A stretch of DNA of 64,000 bases from an uncultured Planctomycetaceae bacterium (GCA_963833985.1 CAWIAD010000002.1:2656001-2720000); one strand, 5' to 3'; positions 51,056-62,206 are shown, counted from the first letter of the stretch. Notes: a model not told the origin generated them from the sequence alone. Translations and numbers: made by a program.

Positions 51056-53518
51056 ATGATCCGCGCAAAGAGATTCCCAGCCGCTCTTCCCGTCGCCCTG
51101 ATGATCGCCTGCTCGTCGCACGCGGCAGAGGAGGGCGGCCCTGGCCCAGGCCCGCCAGCGCCTGGCCGGGTTGGAGCGGCCTGCAAGCTTGTGGTGCACG
51201 CCACGGAAGCGGCCGGGAACCTCCTCAAGGACAGTGCCTGGAAGCCGCTGGAGCAGGGCTACGAGCGGCGGGGAAACGAGTTCGTCTGCGCCAGTGGCAA
51301 GGCGGAGCGGTCGCGCCGCGGGGCGATCCAGCGCGTGGTGCTGAACCAGAGAACTCCCCAGCCAATCGTCGCCAGTGCCTGGAGCCAGGCGGAGGGAGTG
51401 AGCGGCACGATGGACCCGGGGTACGCAATCTACCTCGACCTCGTATTTGACGACGGCAGCGAGCTATGGGGCCAGCTCGCCGGGTTTCGTACCGGCACGC
51501 ACGACTGGCAACGTGAGGAAGTGGTCGTGTTCCCGGAGAAGCCGATCCGGTCCGTCGACGTCAACCTACTGTTCCGCGAGCACGCGGGAACGGCGTCGTT
51601 CCGCGACCCCGCGCTCCGACCGCTCGACGCCCAGGGCCAGTCCATCCTCTTTGACGGCGTGCCGGTGGTTCCCCAGGGTCCGGCGGTGGAAGGGTTCCAG
51701 GTGCGCGACGTGGCGGCAAACGGCGATTTCGTCCGCATCGCGAATGAGGCGCTGGGGCTGCGGCTGGAGGTCCGCTCCACCGGCCAGGAGCAGGCCACCG
51801 TATTCGACGTCACGGTGCGTGAGACGACAGGCAAGGACCGGGCCGTGACGCTGCTGTATGCGATTCCCGTCCCGCCGCAGGGCCTGAGCTGGCTGGACGA
51901 CCCGCGACGATCGACCACCGTCGCGCCGAAGCGGGAGTACGCGCACACCGTGCCCTTTCGCGCGGGTGCCGGCGGGCGGATGTCGAGCTATCCGCTGGGC
52001 GCCGTGGCATGCCCGGGGGGCCAGGGTGGGGAGGGCCTGAGTTTGGGCCTGGGCCTGGGCATCGACATGGCCCATCCGGCGTTCTACCGGGTGGGCTACA
52101 ACGCGGGAACCGGTGAGCTCTGGATCGCCTACGACCTGGGCCTGGCCCCCGAGAAGCCCGAGGCGCACCTACGTTTCTGCCGGTTTTCGTTCGCGCCGGA
52201 GTGGGGCTTCCGTGCGGCGCTCGAAGCCTATTACCACCTTTTCCCCGACGCCTTCCGCAGGCGGATCGACGGGCAGGGGCTGTGGATGCCCTTCGCCAGG
52301 ATCAGCCAGGTGAAGGGCTGGGAGGATTTCGGGTTCCGCTTCAAGGAGGGCGATGGCGAGACCGCCTGGGACGACGAGCACGGCATCCTCACGTTCCATT
52401 ACACCGAGCCACTGACCTGGTGGATGCCCATGCCCTCCGCGATGCCCCGCACAATCGAGGCCGCCCTGAGCGAGGCCCGCCGCCTGGCCGGCCTGGGAAA
52501 TCGCGAGGCCAGGGCCCTGCTCAGCAGCGGATACCACAACGCCGACGGTGCGCCTGTGGCCCTGTTTCGTGACGAGCCCTGGAACCACGGAGCGGTCTGG
52601 AGCATGAATTCGAGCCCGGGCATCTCCGGCCCGGTCAACGACTTTCAGGTGAAGTGGAGCCCGGCTATCCGCGACCGGCTCTACGGGCCGGGCCACAAGG
52701 GAGTGCTCGACGGCGAATACATCGATTCGAGCGAGGGCTACGTGACCGACGAGCTGGACTTCCGCCGCGAACACTTCGCTGCGGCCGGGACCCCGCTGGT
52801 CTTCAGCCTGGGCACGCACCGGCCGGCGGTCTTCCGCGGCCTGATCGCTTTCGGGTACATCCGGGCCATCGCGGACGACAGGCACGCCGCCGGCAAGCTG
52901 ATGATGGCCAACGCCACGCCCGACCGCCTCTGCTGGCTGGCGCCTCTGGTGGACGTGCTGGGCACCGAGATCGACTGGAACCCCCGGGGCAAGTGGCGGC
53001 CCATGGATGACGCCCAGTTGCTCTACCGCCGCGCTCTCTGCCGCACGAAGCCTTATTGTTTTCTCATGAACACCAATTTCAGCAAGCTGCCGCACGATCT
53101 GGTGGAACGCTACATGAAGCGTGCGCTGGCTTACGGTTTCTTCCCGGGCTTCTTCAGCGAGAACGCGTCGGAGGGCCACTACTTCAGTCAGCCCGTGCTC
53201 TACGACCGCGACCGGCCGCTCTTCCGCAAGTACGTGCCGCTCTGCAAGCTCGTTGCCGAGGCCGGCTGGGAGCCGGTGACCGGCGCGCGCTCGAGCGACG
53301 AGCACGTTCACCTGGAACGCTTCGGCACCACCGGAACCCGCTACCTGACGGTCTTCAATGACAGCCGCCAGCCGCGCACCGCAACGCTCACCCTGGAGCT
53401 GAAGGCGGCGGAGAGCGGCCGCGAGCTGGTGCGCGGAAACGCGGTCTCCTGGTCCGGCGGCAAGACCCGGATCACGCTCGACGGCGAGGACGTGGCCGTG
53501 CTCGAGCTGCGGCCCTGA
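51056..53518 (+). CDS. Secreted hypothetical protein; carbohydrate-binding-like N-terminal domain plus probable glycoside-hydrolase-like catalytic domain
   Basis: Signal peptide; GNLL..., GTHDWQREE jelly-roll motif; DGEYIDSSEG, LMMAN, DVLGTE barrel-like motifs. Confidence 0.65.
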   Translation: MIRAKRFPAALPVALMIACSSHAAEEGGPGPGPPAPGRVGAACKLVVHATEAAGNLLKDSAWKPLEQGYERRGNEFVCASGKAERSRRGAIQRVVLNQRTPQPIVASAWSQAEGVSGTMDPGYAIYLDLVFDDGSELWGQLAGFRTGTHDWQREEVVVFPEKPIRSVDVNLLFREHAGTASFRDPALRPLDAQGQSILFDGVPVVPQGPAVEGFQVRDVAANGDFVRIANEALGLRLEVRSTGQEQATVFDVTVRETTGKDRAVTLLYAIPVPPQGLSWLDDPRRSTTVAPKREYAHTVPFRAGAGGRMSSYPLGAVACPGGQGGEGLSLGLGLGIDMAHPAFYRVGYNAGTGELWIAYDLGLAPEKPEAHLRFCRFSFAPEWGFRAALEAYYHLFPDAFRRRIDGQGLWMPFARISQVKGWEDFGFRFKEGDGETAWDDEHGILTFHYTEPLTWWMPMPSAMPRTIEAALSEARRLAGLGNREARALLSSGYHNADGAPVALFRDEPWNHGAVWSMNSSPGISGPVNDFQVKWSPAIRDRLYGPGHKGVLDGEYIDSSEGYVTDELDFRREHFAAAGTPLVFSLGTHRPAVFRGLIAFGYIRAIADDRHAAGKLMMANATPDRLCWLAPLVDVLGTEIDWNPRGKWRPMDDAQLLYRRALCRTKPYCFLMNTNFSKLPHDLVERYMKRALAYGFFPGFFSENASEGHYFSQPVLYDRDRPLFRKYVPLCKLVAEAGWEPVTGARSSDEHVHLERFGTTGTRYLTVFNDSRQPRTATLTLELKAAESGRELVRGNAVSWSGGKTRITLDGEDVAVLELRP

Positions 53519-53682
53519 TACGATCGCGGGCGGCTGGCTCGTGCCCACCTTGGCGGAGCTGGGCTCGTCCCATTGGTGCGCGATCGTTCTGCGTCGGATG
53601 GCAAGACCTCTCTTCTGGCCCATGGTTTGCATGTCCTGGAGGAAGCCGAAGCAGGGGGGGCCGACGGGCCAGGAGTTACTTG

Positions 53683-54605
53683 ATGGCGATGACATCGGAC
53701 GTCGGGACAGGGCGGGTCTTCGTGATCGTGAACGCAAAATCCGGCAATTCCGCGCCCGATGAGGTGCGTGAAAGGCTGGCGTCGTGCGGCGCAAGGTGAA
53801 GGGGCGTGCCAGATCCACGAGCCCGCCGAGGGTGAGGATATCCTGACGATCGTACGCGAAGCCGTGGCGCAGGGGTTCGATACGGTCGCGGCGGCCGGTG
53901 GCGACGGGACGGTCTCGGCGGTGGCCAACGGGCTCATCGGCAGCCGGGCGCGGCTGGGAATCATCCCGCTCGGGACCGCGAACGTGCTGGCGCGAGCTGG
54001 GGATTCCGCTCGCACTGCAAGACGCCTGTGCGCTACTGAATGGACCGCATCGGATCGTACGCATCGACGCCATGAAAGTGAAGGAGAGTCACTACTTCAC
54101 GCAGATTGGCATCGGTGTGGATGCGGTCATGATCCGGGATACCAAGGTGGAGCACAAGCGCCTTTTGGGTAACATGGCCTACGTCTGGACGGCGGCGACG
54201 AGGTTCGTCGGCTTTCAGCCGCACCGGTTCTCGATTGCGTCGGACGAGGAGCGCACGCGGCCGAGGGCCGTGCAGGTGATCCTCGCCAACAGCGGCAGCC
54301 TGGGCACTTCCGGGCTGCGGTGGGGGCCGGACGTCCGGATTGATGACGGTGAGATCGATGTGTGCATCCTGCGCGCGCAAACCATGCTGGATTTCCTCAG
54401 CGCCGGCTGGAGCGTGATCCGCAGCCGGCACCATGAAGACCGCAACATCCAGATCTTGAAGGCCAGGCGCGCGGTGGCCATCCACGCCGACCGGCCTCTG
54501 GCGGTGCAGGGCGATGGCGAGGTCATCGGCGAGACGCCCCTGGAGGTCCAGGTGGTGCCGGAGGCACTCAGCGTCATCGTTCCCGCAGAGCAGCCGGCCG
54601 CCTGA
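53683..54605 (+). CDS. Diacylglycerol kinase family lipid kinase (YegS/BmrU-like); frameshifts near 53785 and 53995
   Basis: VIVNAKSG, AAGGDGTV, IIPLGTANVLAR, GIGVDA, DDGEIDV, QGDGE. Confidence 0.88.
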
Positions 54606-54685
54606 GGGCCGAATCAACGCCGGGCGCAAGGTCCCTGCCTCGCGCCTGCATCAGGATGATAAAGACCTTTTGCGGAACCCGCTTC

Positions 54686-55600
54686 ATGAAGATCGTGCAT
54701 CTTTCGGATGTTCACGTCTGGCGTTACACGCTGGACCCGCGGCAGCTCTTCGGCAGGCGGGCGCTGGGGATGATGGAATTGCTCATGGGCCGCGCCCGGC
54801 GGTTCCAGCTCGATCGCCTGGCGGCCGTGGTCGATCGGGTGGCGGGGCTGGCGCCCGACCATCTTCTGATCACCGGGGACCTGACGACCACGGCCTTGCC
54901 CGCCGAGTTCCGCGACGCGGCGCGGCTTCTGGGACCGCTGCTGACGGACCCGGCCAGGGTGACCGTGGTGCCTGGCAATCATGATCGGGCGACGGGCCGC
55001 TCGTTCCGCACCAGGCGGTTCGAGGGGAGCTTCGGCGCATTCATGCCGGCACCGGAGTTCCCCTGGCTGCGCCGGCTGGATGGAGACATCGGCATCATCG
55101 GGCTGGATCCCGCGCGCACCCGGTTCTCGCCGCGGGGCCGGCTGCCGGCGGATCAGCTCGCGGCCGCTCAGGCACTGACGGCGCACCCGGACCAGCGGCC
55201 CAGGGTGCTGATCATAGCCTGCCATTACCCTGTGACGGCGCCTGTGCGGTACCAGCGTGAGCTCCATCACAAGCGGATCGACAACGACCGGGCCATCATC
55301 GCCTGGCTGGCCGGCATCGGCCCGCACATCTACTGCTGCGGCCACGTGCACGCGGCCTGGGCCTTTCAGCCCCCTTCCTTGCCGAACCAGGTCTGCCTGT
55401 GCGCGGGAGCCCCCCTGATGCGCGACCCGACCGGTCTGCGGCTTCCCGGGTTCCTGGAGCTGGAGCTCGACGGCGAACGGCTCTCGGTGGTCCATCACGC
55501 CTGGGCAGGCACCGAGTGGACCACCGTGCCGATGCTCCAGGATCTGAACCTCGGCGCGCTCGATGAGACCCCGATCGCGGAGGAAGCCAGAACGCATTGA
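54686..55600 (+). CDS. Calcineurin-like metallophosphoesterase
   Basis: HLSDVH, ITGDLT, VPGNHD, CHYP, CGHVH. Confidence 0.92.
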   Translation: MKIVHLSDVHVWRYTLDPRQLFGRRALGMMELLMGRARRFQLDRLAAVVDRVAGLAPDHLLITGDLTTTALPAEFRDAARLLGPLLTDPARVTVVPGNHDRATGRSFRTRRFEGSFGAFMPAPEFPWLRRLDGDIGIIGLDPARTRFSPRGRLPADQLAAAQALTAHPDQRPRVLIIACHYPVTAPVRYQRELHHKRIDNDRAIIAWLAGIGPHIYCCGHVHAAWAFQPPSLPNQVCLCAGAPLMRDPTGLRLPGFLELELDGERLSVVHHAWAGTEWTTVPMLQDLNLGALDETPIAEEARTH

Positions 55601-55621
55601 AGCCGGCCGTTCGAGCAGCCT

Positions 55622-56500
55622 TCATCGACGCTTCCCGCTCCGCCGCCCGCCCGGCTTGACAGCCACGACCACATGGTTCATGCAGGTGATCGTCAGGTCC
55701 GGAGCAGACAGCAGGAACATCCGTGAGCGGGGGCTGGCCAGGCGGCGGAAGAGGGTGCGCAGGCTGGGCTCCAGGTGAGGTCGTGTCCGGCGCTCGAGGT
55801 CTTTCAGGTAGGCAGTGAAGAAGGCACGCGCCGGGCGGTCAAGGGGTGCTTGCCGGGTGAAGACCACCCCGCGCGCCTGGCACCGCCGCAGCCCGGCGGC
55901 GCGGAAGAGCCGGCAGAGGTCGCGGCCGACGTAGTATTTTCGAGGCCGCTCGGAACTTTCCACGAACGAGGCCAGCTCGGCTTGCCGCAGCGCGAGCTCG
56001 ATCTCGACCGGCCAGGGGAAGACCACATGGTGCAGCTCATCGTTCTCAAGCACGGCCACGTGGCCGCCCGGCCGCACTGTCCGGGCCATTTGCCGCAGGG
56101 CTTGCACCGGGTCGGGCAGGCTGTACAGGCTTTGCGCGCACCAGGCCAGGTCGACGCCGCCGTCCGCCAGCGGCAGGTTCCGGATGTCGGCCTGCACAAA
56201 TCGGACCGCAGCCGCGGACCTGGCACGACGCAGTCCCTGCCGCGCGTGTGCGAGGAACGCCGGCGAGATGTCCAGGGCCACGACTTCACCCTCCGCACCC
56301 ACGCGGTCCGCCAGCCACCCAGAATAGGAACCGTCGCCGCAGGCGAAGTCGAGCACGCGCCGGGCGCGATCCAGCGGCAGCTCGTCGATGATGGCCTTCA
56401 GCTCCGGCGCGAATGCCTGATGGTAGGCGGCCATCATGCCCGCATAGGCAGGTAGTCTGGGCTGCGCCGGTTGCTTCTGCGCCGTGGCCAAGGTCCGCAT
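55622..56500 (-). CDS. Class I SAM-dependent methyltransferase
   Basis: VLDFACGDG, ALDIS, ADIRNLP, RTVRPGG; start position approximate. Confidence 0.85.
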   Translation of the reverse strand: MRTLATAQKQPAQPRLPAYAGMMAAYHQAFAPELKAIIDELPLDRARRVLDFACGDGSYSGWLADRVGAEGEVVALDISPAFLAHARQGLRRARSAAAVRFVQADIRNLPLADGGVDLAWCAQSLYSLPDPVQALRQMARTVRPGGHVAVLENDELHHVVFPWPVEIELALRQAELASFVESSERPRKYYVGRDLCRLFRAAGLRRCQARGVVFTRQAPLDRPARAFFTAYLKDLERRTRPHLEPSLRTLFRRLASPRSRMFLLSAPDLTITCMNHVVVAVKPGGRRSGKRR

Positions 56501-56753
56501 CTCCGACGGTTCGGTCTGCCGCCGTACCGGGCGGGCTCGTATCACGTGGAGGACGCGGCAGGCCGCGCGTGAGACTTCAGCAAGCGGCGTGCCAGGCCCT
56601 TGCGGCGCGCGGCGATGGCGCGGCGTGGTGGAACCGCCCGCAAGGCGCCGCAGCGCGGAGAATCCCGAACGGCGTGCCGACGCGGAACGCGGAACCGAAC
56701 TCTCTGCCCTGGCCGCTGCCGGCTCGCCGGAGCCGCCGTGGCGTGGCTCCCGC

Positions 56754-57296
56754 TCAGGTGCGCTGCTCCTGGGTCCGGACCAGCCTCTGGTACTCCTTCT
56801 CGGTGATGATGTCGCGGGTGCTCTCCAGACGGTCGAAAAAGACGATGCCCTGGAGGTGGTCCTGTTCGTGCTGGAAGATGCGGGCCACGAAATCGTCGAG
56901 CTCGCGGTCGATCGCCGGGCCGTCAGGCGTGTGGTAACGCACGCGGATGTGGCGATGGCGCGGGACATCGCCGCGCATTCCGGGGATGCTCAGGCAGCCT
57001 TCCCAGCCCCTGACCATCTCGGTCGAGGACTCGAGGATCTCGGGGTTGATCATGACCTGCGGCGCCATCTCAGGCGCGTCGGGGTAACGGGCGCTGGGAC
57101 GCGAGGCGACGATGAAGATCGCGTGCGAGGCGTGAACCTGCGGCGCGGCGATGCCCACGCCCTCGGCCTCGCGGAGCGTCACGAGCATGTCATCGATCAG
57201 CGTCCTCAGCTCGGCGGTCAAGGGCAGCCGCACCGGGGCAGCCACAAGGCGCAGGACGGGATGCCCAAGCTGAGCAATCTGGCGGAGAATCGGCAT
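56754..57296 (-). CDS. def: Peptide deformylase
   Basis: GVGIAAPQV, EGCLS, QHEQDHLQG. Confidence 0.96.
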   Translation of the reverse strand: MPILRQIAQLGHPVLRLVAAPVRLPLTAELRTLIDDMLVTLREAEGVGIAAPQVHASHAIFIVASRPSARYPDAPEMAPQVMINPEILESSTEMVRGWEGCLSIPGMRGDVPRHRHIRVRYHTPDGPAIDRELDDFVARIFQHEQDHLQGIVFFDRLESTRDIITEKEYQRLVRTQEQRT

Positions 57297-57538
57297 GGGG
57301 ACGCCCCGGAAACAAAGGGATCGCGATCGTGTAACGGTCGATCGCCGCAGGGGACGGTTCAATGGCGAAGGACCCGATCGTTGCACATCCTCGCGTGCTC
57401 GCCAAGCTCTCCTCTTCCATCCATCCGGGATGGCACGCCGCAGAGGTAGGCAGACGGCCGCCATGGGAGTTATCATCACGGATCGGCATTTGCCCAGGCC
57501 CGGTGCCATCGCACCAGCGTACGAGGAGAGCAGCAACG

Positions 57539-58933
57539 ATGTTGAAGAGACGATCGATCCGCCGGTCCCTGGTTTCAAATCGTCGCCGCACCACCCGCCC
57601 CCTCATGCCGGAGCCATTGCCTCTGGAAGCGCGGCTGGTCCTGTCCACGACCCCGGAGGTCACCCTGCTCTCGGCGACCACGCACGACGCGCAGAGCCTG
57701 TCCATCACCTACCAGGTGCAGGGCACAGCACCGTTCGAGATCACGGCGTTCCGGTCGCCGAACGCAAGTTACGACGGCTTGACGGATCCGAAAGATGTGA
57801 TCATCGATACCGCGACGGTTGATCCCGGTGCCAACCCCAGCTCGGACACCCTTGGCCTGGGCACGCCGCTGGCCATCGATCCTTCGCGGCCCTACGTCTG
57901 GGTCGTGGCCTCTCCCACGGGTCCCGGAGGCACAAGCAGTCCGTACAGCGAAACGGAATTCCACATCTTCACGATGGGAGTGGTGACGCATGGCTTCGAG
58001 TACACCGCCGCCGATGCGAACTGGGTGGACACGATGGCCCAGTCGCTCAAGAGCGACGGCTACAACGCGGTGATCCCGTTCAAGTGGACCGCCTTCAGCA
58101 GCTTGCCCATCAAGGGTATGACGGTGCTTGCCGGCGAGCTGATGGCCCATGACATCCTGGTCACCGCGGCGCAGCAGCTTGCCCCGCAGATGACGCCCAA
58201 CGACGTGGTCGCACTGCACATGATCGGCCACAGCCGCGGGTCCGCCGTGATCAGCCAGGCGAGCCTCGATCTGCAAAACTTCGTGGGCACGCATCCCGCC
58301 TGGAGCCCGCTCCTGGCCGGACCCTGGAAGATGACCTTCCTCGACCCACATCCGGCGCACAACATCCCCGGCAAGACCTTCTACGACGCGGCGCCGACGC
58401 CGCTGGGCAAGCTGGCGACGGGAATCTACACGGCCTTTCAGGCCCTGGCACAGGACCCGTCGGTCGTGGTCCCCAGCGGCGTGGACTGGGCCGAGGTCTA
58501 CTACCAGCACACACCCGTCTCCCAGGCCGCGGACGCCACTGAGCAGACCTTCATCTCCTGGGGAGAAATCCCCGTCTATCCCCAGAGTACGTCCACCACC
58601 GTCGAGTACGCCGACCTCACGGGCACCGTCTTCGGCCACTACGCGGTGCACGACTGGTACCAGCAGAACGTCGTGCCGTTGCTCTCCGGCAACCCGGGGT
58701 TCGTGACGCCGCCGGGAACAGGCCCGCAGACGATCGCATCCCCGGGCGCCTCATCCGCCGTGGCGAGGGGCGACTCCTCGGCATTGCTTGCCGGCGCCGC
58801 AGGCCAGCCCGCACGCGTGAAGCTCGGCGTCAGGGCCCTGGGAATCGAGTTGCGGCTGACAGCCCTGTTCAAGAGGCTCGGAACGATGAAGACCCCCCGG
58901 GCCCCAGCGCTGGGCGGGAGTCATCGTTCTTGA
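57539..58933 (+). CDS. Secreted alpha/beta-hydrolase-fold protein with LEPRxLL-type leader
   Basis: PLPLEARLVLS; VVTHGF, IGHSRG nucleophile elbow, TFLDPH, late His (GHYAVHDWY). Confidence 0.75.
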   Translation: MLKRRSIRRSLVSNRRRTTRPLMPEPLPLEARLVLSTTPEVTLLSATTHDAQSLSITYQVQGTAPFEITAFRSPNASYDGLTDPKDVIIDTATVDPGANPSSDTLGLGTPLAIDPSRPYVWVVASPTGPGGTSSPYSETEFHIFTMGVVTHGFEYTAADANWVDTMAQSLKSDGYNAVIPFKWTAFSSLPIKGMTVLAGELMAHDILVTAAQQLAPQMTPNDVVALHMIGHSRGSAVISQASLDLQNFVGTHPAWSPLLAGPWKMTFLDPHPAHNIPGKTFYDAAPTPLGKLATGIYTAFQALAQDPSVVVPSGVDWAEVYYQHTPVSQAADATEQTFISWGEIPVYPQSTSTTVEYADLTGTVFGHYAVHDWYQQNVVPLLSGNPGFVTPPGTGPQTIASPGASSAVARGDSSALLAGAAGQPARVKLGVRALGIELRLTALFKRLGTMKTPRAPALGGSHRS

Positions 58934-59011
58934 GCTGAACTGAGCGGGGAGCCGCCACGGCTGTAGGTGAAGCATCAGCCAGCTCCGGGGCAGGAAGGGC
59001 TGCGGCCTGGC

Positions 59012-59680
59012 TCACGGTACGCCCATGAAGAAAAGCACGACCGCGACGACCGCTCCGGCGACCGCCACGGCCAGGCCAGGCGTCCGGCGCAGCTTGAGGT
59101 AGAACAGGAGGATGAGTCCCGAGAGTGAGATAAGCGTGAGCACGATGGCCGAGGCATCGACGAGGATGGACCAGACCGGTCCCGTGTCGCGGCCCTTGTG
59201 CAGGTCGTTGAGTACCGCGATGACGCCGTGGAACGTTTGCGACAGGGTGTAATGCCCGGAGTCGCGGTCAATGAAGGCGTCGGCAGCGTACCCCGGGCCT
59301 TTGAAGGCAACCACGCACTCGGCCTCGTCCACCCGGAAATCGGCCAGGGCGCCCCGGATGCCGTGCGTTCTCCTCAGGAACTCGACGACCTCCAGCTTGT
59401 TCACCTGGGACGAGGCCTCGGCGGCGGACTCGGAGTTCGCTTCCGCGGCCGGCGGCTCTCCGCGCAGCCAGCGCGCATTGACGCTCCCCTCGGACTGCGT
59501 GGTCCGCTCGGCCTCGCCGAAGAACCAGTCCGGGTGGTTGAGCGTGATGCCGGTGGCGCTGAAGAAGAGCACCACGGCCAGACCGAACATCGACACGTAA
59601 ATATGAAGCCAGCGGGCCAGCTTGGCGAAGCGGATGGCCAGCCTGCGGCTCAGGGGTCGGCGAGTCACCGGGAACACCTC
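59012..59680 (-). CDS. PepSY-associated TM helix protein (in frame with the upstream ApbE-DUF2271 as assembled)
   Basis: RWLHIYVS, FFSATGITLNHPDW, LNDLHKGRDTG. Confidence 0.88.
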   Translation of the reverse strand, partial: EVFPVTRRPLSRRLAIRFAKLARWLHIYVSMFGLAVVLFFSATGITLNHPDWFFGEAERTTQSEGSVNARWLRGEPPAAEANSESAAEASSQVNKLEVVEFLRRTHGIRGALADFRVDEAECVVAFKGPGYAADAFIDRDSGHYTLSQTFHGVIAVLNDLHKGRDTGPVWSILVDASAIVLTLISLSGLILLFYLKLRRTPGLAVAVAGAVVAVVLFFMGVP

Positions 59681-61295
59681 GTGCGTTGTACTTCGTTTCA
59701 GGTCACCTGGAGGCCTGGGGGGAGCTGCCGCCTTGCGGCGATAGGAGAGCGTGGCGGACTTGATCTCAAGATTGCCCGGGAGCGGCTCGTCGAATGGCTG
59801 GGCGCCGAGAGTCACTGTCTTGCGGATGTTCTGGTAGGTCCCGTGCTCGCGCGCCGCGTCGATGAGGATGGTGTACTCGCCTTGCGGGAGCAGCTTGCCA
59901 TGGTCGTCCTTGCCGTCCCAGACCACCTTGTACTTGCCCGGCGGGCGAGTGGGTCGGGCCGTGGAGAAGATGAGGTCCTTCTTCTCGACGTGCTTGCGCT
60001 CCTGGTCGGCGCGATACCAGCGCTTCAGGTCGGGGAGCCACTGGAAGGGGCCCGCCCCGCCCTGCGACACCCAGAGCGTGAGGTTGCGCACAGGGTAGCC
60101 GTCCTTGTTCTCCACCCAGATGGCGACGTAGGGCCGGCGGTAGCGGCGTCCCTGGCCGTCGGGCTGGTTGATCTCGAAATCGACCTGGAGCTCGAAGTCC
60201 CGGCCCCACAGGGCGGCATTGCCCGGTGCCGCCGGTGCGGGGCTGGAAGATGGCGGCTGTCCGGCGCTGGCCGGCATGCCCGGCGGCGGCGCGGACGCCA
60301 GCTCGTACCGGCTCCAGCCCGCGCTGCGGAGGACCCGCCGCCCGGCCGTGATGATCAGACATTCCACTCCGCGGAGGGAGCGGACCAGCCGCAGGCTCTC
60401 CTCCGGATCGAGCACGTTGCAGATGGTGGCCAGGGCATCGGCGTCGATCGACCGGGGCGCGACCACCGTGGCACTCGAGACGGCAGCAACGGGCATGCCG
60501 GAGCGTGGGTCAATGATGTGAGAATACCACTCAGAACCAATGCGAAAGCCGCGCTGGGAGCTGCCGCTGGTGGAGACGGCGCGGTCCTTGACTTGCAGAA
60601 TCGCCAGCGGCTCGGCCGATTCGGAGTCGGCCCAGGGAGCGGCGATGCCGAGGCTGCGCGGGGCGTCGCCGCGAACGCAGAGATCGCCGCCCACGTTCAG
60701 GAGCAGCCCGTGCACGTCCTGGCCGGCGGCCATGCCGGCGTTCGCGGCCCGATCGACGATGTAGCCCTTGGCAATGGCATTCAGGCTGAGCGGGCAGTCC
60801 GAGAGTCGCAGGACGGCATGTTCTCCGGCGATCCTCCATGCCGGCTGCGCCAGCAGGCTGCGCCGCGGCCAGTTCCGGGTCCGCCGGCAGCCGCCCGGCG
60901 CGTTCGGCCCGGGCCCAGAGGTGGGACAGCAGCTCGACCCGCGGATCGAACGCCCCGGCGCTGCGCTGCCGCCACGATTCGGCGGCGGAGAGGACCTCGA
61001 AAAGCTCCGCGGAGACCGCCGCCGTCTTCCTGGGCGCCGCCTGCCAGCGGCGGAATTCGCTCACGTCATCGTAACCGCTGAAGACAAGCGAGAGCCGGTC
61101 GATCTCAGCGAGAACACGTTCCTCGGCACGCCGCGCCGCGGGTTCATCGTCCGCGAGCACGCGCAGCTCCAGCGCGGTGCCCAGCACGTTCTCGTGGTAG
61201 AACGCAAAGTCGCGAACGTCACGGGCAAGACCGAGGCTCGAGCTGCAATTCCAGGCACACAGTCCCACGAGGATCACCCGTCCGATCCGGTGCAT
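59681..61295 (-). CDS. ApbE FAD:protein FMN transferase fused to DUF2271; frameshifts at about 60820-60865
   Basis: ENVLGT, GAFDP, LNAIAKGYIVD (third frame), NVGGD, STSG, SHIIDPRSG, ADALAT; then YRRPYVAIWVE, WLPDLKRW, WDGKDD, AAREHG. Confidence 0.85.
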
Positions 61296-61546
61296 GATGT
61301 CATTCCCGTTCCAGATGATTTCCGCATTCGCAGCCCCGCAGGCTTCCGGCGGTGCGGTTTCCGGGGCACCCGATCATGTTATCAAAGCACCCATTCCGCC
61401 GCGAAGAGAAGGACTCTCGGCGCACCGAGACATCCGTGGCAGGCGCGGCGAATGCACGCTGGACCGTGCGTCAAAGCGGAGACGAAGAGGGTGGAGCGGC
61501 AGAGCAGGGCAGAGCAATGCCGCCCCGGGATGCACTGACCGGGCGA

Positions 61547-61885
61547 TCAGAACAGCTTCCCGCCGAGGTGCACGAACTCGATGGCCAGGTACGAGATGAC
61601 CGCGGCCAGGAACAGGACCGCCATCGCACCGCAGTAGATCGCGACCGCGGCGATCCTGCCCAGCCGCTGCTCGAGCCGGCTCGCGGCATGCCAGCCGAGC
61701 CAGCAGACCAACCCGTACGTCGCGTACCCGCCCGAGGCGATCGAGATCAGCCAGGGATCATGCCGGCACCAGCTCTGCACGTCCACGATCGCGACCGCCA
61801 CAAAGGCCACCAGGATGGCCATCTGCCAGCACCGGAACTGGACCAGTGACGATGGCCCACGCTCGGGAAATGCATGCGTCGGCAT
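61547..61885 (-). CDS. Small three-helix membrane protein
   Basis: QFRCWQMAILVAFVAVAIV followed by two more hydrophobic segments; 3' part of track ORF 61547-63976. Confidence 0.6.
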   Translation of the reverse strand: MPTHAFPERGPSSLVQFRCWQMAILVAFVAVAIVDVQSWCRHDPWLISIASGGYATYGLVCWLGWHAASRLEQRLGRIAAVAIYCGAMAVLFLAAVISYLAIEFVHLGGKLF

Positions 61886-62206
61886 GGCTCGCCCCCCTGA
61901 GATCGCGAACGAGGCACTGATACTGTTACAATTGTCGGACGCAAGGGCTCTCGTTGCAAGGGCTGGTTCCCGGAGTGTGATGGCAGCCGTGCCGGAATTC
62001 CTGCCGGATGGTGGCGAGGGGTTGGTCAGCAAGTTAGCATGAGGCCAGTGGTTCGCCGGCCCTGTCGCTGCGTCCGGGCGCGGATCGTTCCCCACCGCAC
62101 GGGGTCCTCTCGATGGGCGAGAGGTTTTATCCATGGACCGAGCAGGCGCGCGCGCCGCTTCGTGGTCTCGGCCGTCACTCCGTTCTTTTGTGGAAGGGGC
62201 CTCCCC

